A stretch of 64,000 nucleotides of DNA from assembly GCF_056746865.1 (NCBI RefSeq), contig NZ_CM163382.1; one strand, given 5' to 3'. Under the pieces are notes generated by a model that did not search any database, had not been told where the DNA came from, and saw nothing but the letters and a program-made list of their open reading frames with translations. This document shows positions 31,530 to 40,891 of this stretch, one piece after another; the first letter of the stretch is position 1, and every line of letters starts with the position of its first letter. Made by a program: the position numbers and the translations under genes.

Positions 31530-33227
31530 TTAGATGGAGGTACGGCGGTAGTCGCGGTATTCGGCCTGCCAGAAATTATCATCAATGGCCTGTTGCAGAG
31601 CTTCGGCGGAGGTTTTCACCGCCACGCCTTGCTGCTGCGCCATTTTGCCAACCGCAAAGGCAATTGCGCGGGAGACTTTCTGAATATCTTTCAGTTCCGG
31701 TAGTACCAGACCTTCGCCGTTCAGGACCAGCGGCGAATACTGAGCAAGCGTTTCACTTGCCGACATCAGCATCTCATCGGTGATACGTGACGCGCCGGAA
31801 GCAATAACGCCCAGCCCGATGCCCGGGAAAATAAAGGCGTTGTTACACTGGGCGATAGGGTAGATTTTATCTTTCCATACCACTGGGTTAAACGGACTGC
31901 CAGTGGCGACCAGCGCGTTACCTTCAGTCCAGGCGATAATGTCCTGCGGTGTGGCTTCCACGCGTGAAGTCGGGTTAGACAGCGGCATCACGATCGGACG
32001 CGGACAGTGTTTATGCATCTCACGGATGATCTCTTCCGTAAACAGCCCGGTCTGTCCTGAGACGCCAATCAGAATATCTGGTTTTACATTACGCACCACA
32101 TCCAGCAGTGACAGCACATCGCTGTCGGTATCCCAGTCACTGAGGTTTTCGCGTTTCTGCACCAGTTTGGTCTGGAAAGGCAGCAGGTTCGGCATCTTGT
32201 CGGTCAGCAGGCCAAAGCGATCGACCATAAAGACTTTCTGCCGCGCCGCTTCCTCGCTTAATCCTTCGCGCTGGGTCTGGGCGATGATCATTTCGGCAAT
32301 GCCGCATCCCGCTGAACCTGCGCCAAGGAAGACGATTTTTTTCTCGCTCAGTTGACCACCCGCCGCGCGGCTGGCTGCGATCAGTGTGCCGACCGTTACC
32401 GCCGCGGTGCCCTGAATGTCATCGTTAAAAGAACAAATTTCATTGCGATAGCGGTTAAGTAACGGCATCGCATTTTTTTGTGCGAAGTCTTCAAACTGCA
32501 ACAGCACGTCCGGCCAGCGTTGTTTCACAGCCTGGATAAATTCATCAACGAATTCATAGTATTCGTCGTCAGTGATACGCGGATTACGCCAGCCCATATA
32601 CAGCGGATCGTTAAGCAGCTGTTGGTTGTTCGTTCCGACATCCAGCACCACCGGAAGGGTATACGCCGGGCTGATGCCGCCACAAGCGGTATAGAGCGAC
32701 AGTTTACCGATCGGAATGCCCATCCCGCCGATGCCCTGGTCACCAAGCCCCAGAATACGTTCGCCGTCAGTCACCACAATCACTTTAATATTATGGTTCG
32801 GCACGTTTTGCAGAATATCGTCCATATTGTGGCGGTTCTGGTAAGAGATAAACACGCCGCGTGAACGGCGGTAGATCTCAGAAAAACGCTCACAGGCTGC
32901 GCCGACGGTTGGGGTATAAATAACAGGCATCATCTCATCAAGATGATTGTTTACCAGACGGTAGAAGAGGGTTTCGTTAGTGTCCTGGATGTTACGCAGG
33001 TAGATGTGTTTGTCGATTTCGGTTTTGAATCCCTGATACTGGATCCATGCTCGTTCCGCTTGTTCTTCGATGGTTTCGACCACTTCCGGCAGTAACCCCA
33101 GCAGGTTGAAGTTACGGCGTTCTTCCATGCTGAAGGCGCTGCCTTTATTCAACAACGGAAATTCCAGCAGTACAGGGCCAGCGTAAGGAATATAAAGCGA
33201 ACGCTGTTTTTTTGTTTTTGGTTCCAT
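31530..33227 (-). CDS. maeA: NAD-dependent malic enzyme
   Basis: Translation from [23 protein letters not shown]... gives 565 aa, matching MaeA (SfcA). Confidence 0.9.
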   Translation of the reverse strand: MEPKTKKQRSLYIPYAGPVLLEFPLLNKGSAFSMEERRNFNLLGLLPEVVETIEEQAERAWIQYQGFKTEIDKHIYLRNIQDTNETLFYRLVNNHLDEMMPVIYTPTVGAACERFSEIYRRSRGVFISYQNRHNMDDILQNVPNHNIKVIVVTDGERILGLGDQGIGGMGIPIGKLSLYTACGGISPAYTLPVVLDVGTNNQQLLNDPLYMGWRNPRITDDEYYEFVDEFIQAVKQRWPDVLLQFEDFAQKNAMPLLNRYRNEICSFNDDIQGTAAVTVGTLIAASRAAGGQLSEKKIVFLGAGSAGCGIAEMIIAQTQREGLSEEAARQKVFMVDRFGLLTDKMPNLLPFQTKLVQKRENLSDWDTDSDVLSLLDVVRNVKPDILIGVSGQTGLFTEEIIREMHKHCPRPIVMPLSNPTSRVEATPQDIIAWTEGNALVATGSPFNPVVWKDKIYPIAQCNNAFIFPGIGLGVIASGASRITDEMLMSASETLAQYSPLVLNGEGLVLPELKDIQKVSRAIAFAVGKMAQQQGVAVKTSAEALQQAIDDNFWQAEYRDYRRTSI

Positions 33228-33383
33228 GTCACTCACTCTTTTTTGAATATCCATCCCTGGCACGCTTTTATCGTCTTTGCTTTACCGCCAGGGCGTCGGC
33301 CCCAAGTATAAAGCAGATAAAAACAAAAACACCATTGCGCAGGCAATGGTGTTTAATCGTCATTGAGGACTGATGGTTATGAA

Positions 33384-33521
33384 TTACTTTTCAGCGGGGC
33401 GTTTTCTGCCGGTTGGGTTATTTACCACGCTGGATTTGTCACCTTCGGTAACTATTTTGCGCTGGTTAGAAATTTTATGGTCCAGTCCAAGAATATGACG
33501 TGCCTGACGGTTCGATTTCAT
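33384..33521 (-). CDS. sra: Stationary-phase-induced ribosome-associated protein (protein D), 45 aa
   Basis: Hand translation of the minus strand gives [45 protein letters not shown]; below the ORF-track size cutoff. Confidence 0.85.
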
Positions 33522-33622
33522 TTTAACTCCTCAATCCTGTTGCTAGTTTTAAGGACAACATCGCCGTAGCGAAGAAACACGTGCTAAACCCCTAAATTAG
33601 GTTGCCGATCAAGCATAGCACC

Positions 33623-33838
33623 TTAAAGCGTAGGGTGCTGGCCACTGACCACATAATTGATCGTTTGCTGGTAGATATCACTGAGGATGTCGTTATCAGA
33701 AGCTTCCACCCATTTGGTCAGCTCCATGAGAATGTCATCTTCAGTGACAACACCGTGCTCTGCCCGAAGGCCTTGCTCAATGGCATTAACCAGAGCGGGT
33801 TCTGCTGTTGAATTTTCTGCCTGATAATAAGTAAACAT
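33623..33838 (-). CDS. bdm: Biofilm-dependent modulation protein
   Basis: Translation from MFTYYQAENSTAEPALVNAIEQGLRAEHGVV... gives 71 aa; ORF-track extension rejected. Confidence 0.85.
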   Translation of the reverse strand: MFTYYQAENSTAEPALVNAIEQGLRAEHGVVTEDDILMELTKWVEASDNDILSDIYQQTINYVVSGQHPTL

Positions 33839-34182
33839 AGCGATTCTCCGTGTCTGTGTATTTTTGGTGTCTGCTACGGATCGCAGATATATAAAGCACA
33901 TTCAGCATGGCAAATATTTGCCGCTTCGTTGTTAAGATTAGTCCTGGTTGATAATTTTTATATTATAACACCATGATATTCATAGGGATTGTAATTGGGG
34001 CGATCCGATTAATATTGATACAATATCTTTTGGATTATATATTCCCCGTTATCTATTGTGGGAATTTAATTTAAGTACAGAGATAATGTTTTCGCCGGAT
34101 TTTATTCGGAATATCCTGCTTATCCTCGTGCGGTTTCTCACGTAGTCTATAATTTCCTTTTTAAGCCCACAGGAGAGCAACA

Positions 34183-34614
34183 ATGACAATCCATAAGAAA
34201 GGTCAGGCACACTGGGAAGGCGATATCAAACGCGGGAAGGGAACTGTATCCACCGAGAGCGGCGTGCTGAACCAACAGCCGTATGGATTTAACACGCGTT
34301 TTGAAGGCGAAAAAGGAACCAACCCTGAAGAACTGATTGGCGCAGCGCATGCCGCATGTTTCTCAATGGCGCTTTCATTAATGCTGGGGGAAGCGGGATT
34401 CACGCCAACATCGATTGATACCACCGCCGATGTGTCGCTGGATAAAGTGGATGCAGGTTTTGCGATTACTAAAATCGCACTGAAGAGCGAAGTTGCGGTG
34501 CCGGGTATTGATGCCTCTACTTTTGACGGCATTATCCAGAAAGCAAAAGCAGGATGCCCGGTTTCTCAGGTACTGAAAGCTGAAATTACGCTTGATTACC
34601 AGTTGAAATCGTAA
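34183..34614 (+). CDS. osmC: Osmotically inducible peroxiredoxin OsmC
   Basis: 143 aa, MTIHKKGQAHWEGDIKRGKGTVSTESG..., OsmC/Ohr family. Confidence 0.9.
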   Translation: MTIHKKGQAHWEGDIKRGKGTVSTESGVLNQQPYGFNTRFEGEKGTNPEELIGAAHAACFSMALSLMLGEAGFTPTSIDTTADVSLDKVDAGFAITKIALKSEVAVPGIDASTFDGIIQKAKAGCPVSQVLKAEITLDYQLKS

Positions 34615-34619
34615 AGCGT

Positions 34620-34665
34620 TGCCGGATGACGCGTCAGGCGCGTGATTGCCTGATGCGTTGTTAGC
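34620..34665. repeat. REP-like palindrome / probable bidirectional terminator between convergent osmC and ddpF
   Basis: gccggatgacgcgtcaggcgcgtgattgcctgatgcgt forms an imperfect hairpin with REP-type GCCTGATGCG motif. Confidence 0.4.
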
Positions 34666-34669
34666 GTCT

Positions 34670-35596
34670 CTACAGCGCCCGCCAGCACCGGATCTCACGT
34701 CCGTCCTCCCTTATTGTTAATGATTGCCGGACTTCACATCCGTGGGTTGCCAGAGGGCAGCGTTCGCGGAAAAAACAGCCTTGTGGCAACGTGCGGTTTC
34801 CTGGTAGATCCGTTTTACGTAATGCCCATTCTTCCTCCAGCGGTTTATCAATGGCGGGGAGGGAATCCAGCAATAATCGGGTGTATGGATGTGCCGGAGC
34901 TGTCAGCACCTGTTGCGCGTCTCCTAGTTCCACAATCTGTCCGAGATACATCACCGCCACCCGATCGCTCATATGACGTATCACCGAGACATTGTGTGAA
35001 ATCAGCACATAAGTCAGCCCGCGATTTTCCTGTAGCGTTACCAGTAAATTGAGGATCTGCGCCTGCACGGAGATATCCAGCGCCGAGGTTGGTTCATCAA
35101 GCACAATCACGTCAGGCTGCGAAGAGAGTGCTCTGGCAATGGCGATACGTTGCCGCTGCCCGCCTGAGAACGCATGAGGCAAGCGATCGAGATACTCCGG
35201 ACGAATACCCACCTGCACAGCCAGCTCCTCTGCCAACGCTCGCCGCTGTTGTTCACTACTACGCTTAGCTATCCAGAGCGGTTCTGTGATGATGCGCCAC
35301 ACCGGTAAGCGCGGATTGAGCGAAGAGAGCGGGTCCTGAAACACCATCTGCATAATGCGTTGTGATCTTGAACGGATGTACTGCCCGTGGCTCGGTTGCA
35401 GCATACCCATTAAAAGCTGTGCGAGGGTGCTTTTGCCGCAGCCTGACTCACCGACGATCCCTAAGGTTTCACTACGACGGATCTGTAAATCAATACCATT
35501 GATGGCATGAACATGTTCCGTAGTTTTACCAAGCCAGTTTTTTCGGGCCGGGAAATTGATATGGACGTCGCGTAACGTTAATAACGTGTCAGACAC
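34670..35596 (-). CDS. ddpF: D,D-dipeptide ABC transporter ATP-binding protein
   Basis: Walker A GESGCGKST, ABC signature LSGGQRQR; 308 aa if started at GTG 35596 (ORF-track extension to 35650 rejected). Confidence 0.8.
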   Translation of the reverse strand: MSDTLLTLRDVHINFPARKNWLGKTTEHVHAINGIDLQIRRSETLGIVGESGCGKSTLAQLLMGMLQPSHGQYIRSRSQRIMQMVFQDPLSSLNPRLPVWRIITEPLWIAKRSSEQQRRALAEELAVQVGIRPEYLDRLPHAFSGGQRQRIAIARALSSQPDVIVLDEPTSALDISVQAQILNLLVTLQENRGLTYVLISHNVSVIRHMSDRVAVMYLGQIVELGDAQQVLTAPAHPYTRLLLDSLPAIDKPLEEEWALRKTDLPGNRTLPQGCFFRERCPLATHGCEVRQSLTIREDGREIRCWRAL

Positions 35597-36575
35597 TAAT
35601 GACCTCCTGCTGAGGATACCAACAGGCGCAGCGGTGGTTGTTGTCACCATACGCTGTTAGCGCCGGGACGTTTTCACACTGTGCACCTGCCGCATAGCAA
35701 CGATCGCGAAAAGCGCAGCCGTCAGGCAAATGGGTGAGGTTTGGTACCGTCCCCGGAATAGCGGGTAATGGCTGGCGCGGTATTCCATGTTCCGGTGCGC
35801 ATTGCAGCAAACCAATGGTATACGGATGCCGGGGATGATGGATAACGTCTGCCGTCACGCCGCTCTCAATCACGCTTCCGGCATACATCACGTAAACGCT
35901 ATCGCACAGTTGCGACACCACGGCCATATCATGGCTGATGAACAGTACCGCAGTTCCACTGGCGCGGGCTTTATGTTTAAGCAGACGCAGTACCTGCAAC
36001 TGTACCGTGACGTCCAGCGCCGTAGTCGGTTCGTCGGCAATAATCAATTGCGGCTCGCAGGAGAATGCCAGCGCAATCATTACCCGCTGTCGCATACCAC
36101 CTGAAAGCTCAAACGGATAGCGCGACATAACTTCCACGGCATCCGGGATTTGCATCTCTTCCAGCAGGGCAATCGCTTTAGCTCTGGCTTCCCGACGACT
36201 TTTTGGTTGATGATGGCGGATCACGTCCATCATCTGAAGACCTATTCGACGTGTCGGATTAAGGGCGGTCATCGGTTCCTGAAAGATCATCGCCACTCGT
36301 GCGCCGCGCCACTGACGAAGCTGTTTTTCCCGAGCGTTAAGAGCATCTTCTCCCAGCAGTGAAATATGTCCCCGATGTACGCAATAACTGCCCGTCGGTA
36401 ACAGACGCATAATCAACATTGCAGTGACTGATTTACCCGAGCCGGATTCTCCCACCAGACCGACAATTTCACCGCGGTTGATTTTCAATGACACATTGTT
36501 GAGCGCGTGAACATCACCGTTAAAACCGGGGAAACTCAAATGCAGTTGTTGAATGTCCAGAACGGGTTGGGTCAT
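35589..36575 (-). CDS. ddpD: D,D-dipeptide ABC transporter ATP-binding protein
   Basis: 328 aa; Walker A GESGSGKS, LSGGMRQR signature. Confidence 0.85.
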   Translation of the reverse strand: MTQPVLDIQQLHLSFPGFNGDVHALNNVSLKINRGEIVGLVGESGSGKSVTAMLIMRLLPTGSYCVHRGHISLLGEDALNAREKQLRQWRGARVAMIFQEPMTALNPTRRIGLQMMDVIRHHQPKSRREARAKAIALLEEMQIPDAVEVMSRYPFELSGGMRQRVMIALAFSCEPQLIIADEPTTALDVTVQLQVLRLLKHKARASGTAVLFISHDMAVVSQLCDSVYVMYAGSVIESGVTADVIHHPRHPYTIGLLQCAPEHGIPRQPLPAIPGTVPNLTHLPDGCAFRDRCYAAGAQCENVPALTAYGDNNHRCACWYPQQEVISV

Positions 36576-37468
36576 GACTGCTTTCCTCCTGCTTTCGGGT
36601 CAAGCAGATCGCGAATACCATCACCAAAGAGATTAAACCCGACGGCGGTAAGCAAAATCGCTGCCCCCGGAAATGCGCAATACCACCATTGATCGAGCAC
36701 ATAGTTGCGACCATTCGCCACCATCGCCCCCCATTCAGCACTTGGTTGTTGAGCACCCAGGCCAATAAATCCCAACGTGGCGGCCATTAAAATCGCGCTA
36801 CCGATATCCAGCGATGCCTGCACAATCAGCGGCGGCAGGGAGTTACGTAAAATATGCCAGTTGATCAGATGCCAACGCGACGCACCAAAGGTTTTCGCCG
36901 CCTGAACATAGGTATACTGGCGAACAACTAATGTTTGCCCCCGCGCCAGGCGCACATAAAAGGGAATTCGCACAATAGCAATCGCCAGCATGGCGTTAAA
37001 CAAACTCGGCCCGAGAGCGGCTGCCAGTGCCATTGTCAGCACCAGCGAAGGAATCGACAGCATAATGTCCATGATGCGCATGATAATCGCGTCTGCGCGT
37101 CCGCCAAGCACACCGGATAGACACCCGAGTAGCGACCCCATCATACCTGCAATGGCGACCACCACTAATCCGGCGAGAATTGATTGCTGACTGCCGACCA
37201 GTACGCGGCTAAACAGATCGCGTCCCACTTCATCGGTGCCAAACCAGTGCGCCGCAGAAGGCGGCAAAAGGCGGGCGGTTAAATCAATGGCGTTGGGATC
37301 ATGCGTCGCCAGCCACGGTGAAAAAATCATCATCAGTAGCATTAATACAATGATGACTGCGCCGGTCACGGTAAGCGGGCTGCCTTTCAGCATCCATACC
37401 AGTTTTGCACCGTTAAATCGCGTTTGTTTTGGTGGGCGCACGGCTGACGTTTCCTCGCTTAGCATCAT
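36572..37468 (-). CDS. ddpC: D,D-dipeptide ABC transporter permease
   Basis: 298 aa DppC/OppC-type permease; overlapping stop/start with neighbours. Confidence 0.85.
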   Translation of the reverse strand: MMLSEETSAVRPPKQTRFNGAKLVWMLKGSPLTVTGAVIIVLMLLMMIFSPWLATHDPNAIDLTARLLPPSAAHWFGTDEVGRDLFSRVLVGSQQSILAGLVVVAIAGMMGSLLGCLSGVLGGRADAIIMRIMDIMLSIPSLVLTMALAAALGPSLFNAMLAIAIVRIPFYVRLARGQTLVVRQYTYVQAAKTFGASRWHLINWHILRNSLPPLIVQASLDIGSAILMAATLGFIGLGAQQPSAEWGAMVANGRNYVLDQWWYCAFPGAAILLTAVGFNLFGDGIRDLLDPKAGGKQS

Positions 37469-38487
37469 TCACCACCTCCACGTCCGATACGCGGATCAAT
37501 CCACAAATAGAGCAAATCCACCACCAGGTTGACCAGCACATAAGCAAACGAAACCACGACGGCAAATCCCATCACCGCAGGGAAGTCGAGCGCCTGTATT
37601 GATGTCACTACCCATGCCCCCATTCCGGGCCAGGCAAAAACGGTTTCGGTGAGCACTGCGCCATACAACAAATCGCCCAGCGCCAGACCCAATACGGTAA
37701 TCGAAGGGATCAACGCATTGGGTAGCGCATAACATAAAACGATATACCAGCCGGGCAAGCCGCTGGCCCGGGCGGTACGAATGTAATCTTCACTCAATTG
37801 TTCCAGCATAGCTGAGCGGATCTGGCGAGCGACAATTCCCAGGTGAACGAACGCCAGCGTTAATGCCGGTAAGATGAGATGTTGCAGCGCATTGAAGAAG
37901 ACTTCACCGTTGCCTTCAAGCAGCGCATCGAGCAGATAAAAGCCGGTAACGTGCGTTGGTGGATCCAGCCAGTCATCAAGCCTTCCGCCGCCGGGAAGAA
38001 TTTGCAGATGACCATAAAACAGCACAATGACGCCCAGCCCAAGCCAGAACGCAGGTGTGGAGATTCCGGTAATGGCCATTATTCGCACCAGATGATCCAG
38101 CCAGCGATTTCGCCAGACTGCAGAGAGTATGCCCAGCGGGATGCCAATCAGGAGTGCCAGCAGCAGGGCACAAAAAGCCAGTTCCAGCGTCGCCGGGAAA
38201 AATATACGCAACTCTTCCAGCACCGGACGCCCGGTACGAATGGATGTTCCCAGGTCACCCTGAAACAGGTCGCTGACGTAGCGGTAAAACTGTACGTACA
38301 GTGGCTGGTCCAGTCCCAGTTGCTGGCGAATATTATCCACGATAGCATCGCTGGCGCGGTCACCCGCCAGTAACCGCGCCGGATCGCCGGGGATCAGGTG
38401 CGAGATAATAAACGTTATCACACAGACGCCCGCCACCACGAGCACCAGCCCCCAGCAGCGTTGGCGTAAAATACTCCAGAAGGTCAC
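37465..38487 (-). CDS. ddpB: D,D-dipeptide ABC transporter permease
   Basis: 340 aa DppB/OppB-type permease. Confidence 0.85.
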   Translation of the reverse strand: MTFWSILRQRCWGLVLVVAGVCVITFIISHLIPGDPARLLAGDRASDAIVDNIRQQLGLDQPLYVQFYRYVSDLFQGDLGTSIRTGRPVLEELRIFFPATLELAFCALLLALLIGIPLGILSAVWRNRWLDHLVRIMAITGISTPAFWLGLGVIVLFYGHLQILPGGGRLDDWLDPPTHVTGFYLLDALLEGNGEVFFNALQHLILPALTLAFVHLGIVARQIRSAMLEQLSEDYIRTARASGLPGWYIVLCYALPNALIPSITVLGLALGDLLYGAVLTETVFAWPGMGAWVVTSIQALDFPAVMGFAVVVSFAYVLVNLVVDLLYLWIDPRIGRGGGE

Positions 38488-38488
38488 G

Positions 38489-40039
38489 TTATTTACTCAT
38501 GGTATTGATATTGAAGACCTGTTCCAGCATGGGATTGAACACAAAACCTTTCACCTCTTTGTTCATCGCCAGTTGGTAGTTTTTCTGGAACAGGTACACA
38601 TAAGCAGCGTCATCAATGACGATTTTCTGTGCCTGCTGGTAGTCCCGAGTACGCTGCGTCTGGTCGGTGGTCGCTAGCGCATTGCGCAGTAACTTATCGA
38701 CCTCACTGTTTTCATAGAACGAGCGGTTACCCGGCAGACCTTTTTTGTCTGACTCAAACCAGTAATTCATAAACATATACGGGTCGGCAAAATCCGGACT
38801 CCAGTTGCCAATCGCAATGTCATAATCACCTTTTCCCACTCTGTCGCGCATGGTGGCGTTCGCCAGCTTTTCCAGCTTCACGTTGATGCCCAGCTTGTTG
38901 AGACTGGATTGTGTCGCCAGAGCAATAGGCTCCCAGTTCGGATCATTATCAGAATAGAGAAACGTCAGGCTGGTGGGTTTGCTCGTCACTTTATCCCATT
39001 CGGCTTTGGCTTTCGTTTCGTCATGGTTGTATTGCATTGCCGTCGCATCGTATCCCCACATGCCTTCCGGAATCGGGCCGCGCATTTGTTTTCCGTTACC
39101 ACTCAGAATGCCGTTAACCATACCCTGATAATCGGTAGACCAGGAAATGGCCCGACGCAGATCCGCCTGATTAAGTGGCGCTTTGCTGTTATTCAGATAC
39201 AGATAGGTGACGCGCAGTGACGGATACTCTGCCACATTGACTTTGTTTTCCTGCTTCAGTGCGTTGAGTTGATCCACCGGCAGCGCATCGGCAATGTCAA
39301 TGTCGCCACGGGAGAGCTGCAGGCGACGGGAAGCACTTTCACCGATAATTTTTACCGATACCCGTTTGAAATTCGGTTTATTGCCGGGGTAATGCGGATT
39401 TGGCACCAGAACTAATTGCTGACCTTTTTGCCAGCTTTTCAGCATAAACGGTCCGGAGCCAGCGGTATTTTGCGCGAGGAAACCACGGGCATCATCCGCC
39501 GCATGCTCCTTTAAGACCGCCGGATTGATAATGGATGCACCGTCATTCGCCAGCGTGTAGAGGAACGGTGCGAATGGCTGGCTAAGGGTAAACCTCACTG
39601 TATGTTCGTCGGGAGCATCAATCTTTAAATCTTTGGGAAATGCTTCTGCTGGCCCCTGGCCGATTTTTAGTAACCGCTCAAAAGAGAGTTTTACTGCTTC
39701 GGCAGTGACAGGAGTGCCATCGGCAAATTTAGCATTATCCTTCAGGGTGAATGTCCACTCTTTTTGATCGTCAGACGCTTTCCAGCTACTCGCCAGATCG
39801 CCTTCAACGTCGGTTGAGCCTTTATCACCGTCCGTTTTGTACTGAACCAGTCGCTGATAAGACGGGTAGGTCACTGTCCAGTCGTTATTATCAATTGTCA
39901 CCGCTGGGTCGAGGGTTTGTGGGTCGGCAGCTTTACCGATCACCAGCATATCTTTCGGTACGGCGGCGTGCGCAACCGGCATTGTTGTGGCAAGGACGAT
40001 CGCGAGCAATGTAGGACGAAACGAAATCGATCTCTTCAT
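38489..40039 (-). CDS. ddpA: D,D-dipeptide periplasmic binding protein
   Basis: Translation from MKRSISFRPTLLAIVLATTMPVAHAA (signal peptide) gives 516 aa; family 5 SBP. Confidence 0.85.
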   Translation of the reverse strand: MKRSISFRPTLLAIVLATTMPVAHAAVPKDMLVIGKAADPQTLDPAVTIDNNDWTVTYPSYQRLVQYKTDGDKGSTDVEGDLASSWKASDDQKEWTFTLKDNAKFADGTPVTAEAVKLSFERLLKIGQGPAEAFPKDLKIDAPDEHTVRFTLSQPFAPFLYTLANDGASIINPAVLKEHAADDARGFLAQNTAGSGPFMLKSWQKGQQLVLVPNPHYPGNKPNFKRVSVKIIGESASRRLQLSRGDIDIADALPVDQLNALKQENKVNVAEYPSLRVTYLYLNNSKAPLNQADLRRAISWSTDYQGMVNGILSGNGKQMRGPIPEGMWGYDATAMQYNHDETKAKAEWDKVTSKPTSLTFLYSDNDPNWEPIALATQSSLNKLGINVKLEKLANATMRDRVGKGDYDIAIGNWSPDFADPYMFMNYWFESDKKGLPGNRSFYENSEVDKLLRNALATTDQTQRTRDYQQAQKIVIDDAAYVYLFQKNYQLAMNKEVKGFVFNPMLEQVFNINTMSK

Positions 40040-40052
40040 GACAGTTTCCTGA

Positions 40053-40634
40053 TTAACTGGCGTGCTGTGTGCCAGGGGATATAAAACAGGTGAATTGATC
40101 AGCGAGTAGTGGGTAACTCGCTGCCTGGGGTAATTCGAAGTGCCACCATTCGCTCGGGATACCGACAAAGCCACCGCCAGTCATAATCGCATTCAGCAAC
40201 AGCCGATTGCGCTGAGCGGCGGGCGGGACGGAAGGGTGATAAGCATGGGAACGTTCGTGCATTTCATCAAACTCTGCACCCATATCCAGTATGTTCCCGT
40301 GCTCATCACGAAGCGTCAGGTCGATCGCCGTGCCACGGCTGTGATTAGAACCGACCGTCACATCAACAACATATTGCGGGTCTGGGCAGGCTTGCCACAA
40401 CATCGCCTGTGCTTGTTGTGGGCGATACGCATCGTAAATCACCAGTTGTAAGCCTGACAGCTGGGCGATACTGATACTTTTCGCCAGCGCGGTAATCGCA
40501 TCCTTGTGTAACAGACAACGCGCTTGCTGATAAATAGCTTTACCTGTGATGTTATCAGCGCAGGCGTATTTCAATTCGATCTCCAGATCAGGGAAGATCA
40601 CGGCTAAATCAACCAGTTCGGTGGTATCTGACAT
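40053..40634 (-). CDS. ddpX: D-alanyl-D-alanine dipeptidase (VanX homolog)
   Basis: 193 aa; VanX-type Zn motifs SNHSRGTAIDLTL and EWWHFE. Confidence 0.9.
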   Translation of the reverse strand: MSDTTELVDLAVIFPDLEIELKYACADNITGKAIYQQARCLLHKDAITALAKSISIAQLSGLQLVIYDAYRPQQAQAMLWQACPDPQYVVDVTVGSNHSRGTAIDLTLRDEHGNILDMGAEFDEMHERSHAYHPSVPPAAQRNRLLLNAIMTGGGFVGIPSEWWHFELPQAASYPLLADQFTCFISPGTQHAS

Positions 40635-40891
40635 AAACGGTTCCTGTATAAGACAAAAATTGCTGCGCTTTCCGCTTATGCAGATCTCATGCCACGCCGG
40701 GATAAGCGCCAGAATGTTGGCTTAAAGTTATATTTTTTAACTTTTGATCAACATTTGTGCAGCGTAGTGCAGTTTTGGTGCAAGAGGGGAAGTTAAGGAA
40801 GGAATCTCCCGGAATCGTAGCTGAAATCACAGTATTTAAGTGACAGTGTCACGTTAAATGAAAACCCGCGAGTGCGGGCGGGAGAAAATTG

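Noticed and set aside
33363-33569. Plus-strand 68-aa ORF
   Set aside because: The minus strand at the same locus encodes the 45-aa Sra protein exactly; the plus-strand ORF is a shadow
40650-40720. Possible REP element downstream of dosP / upstream of ddpX
   Set aside because: Only partial similarity to the REP consensus; could be an ordinary hairpin
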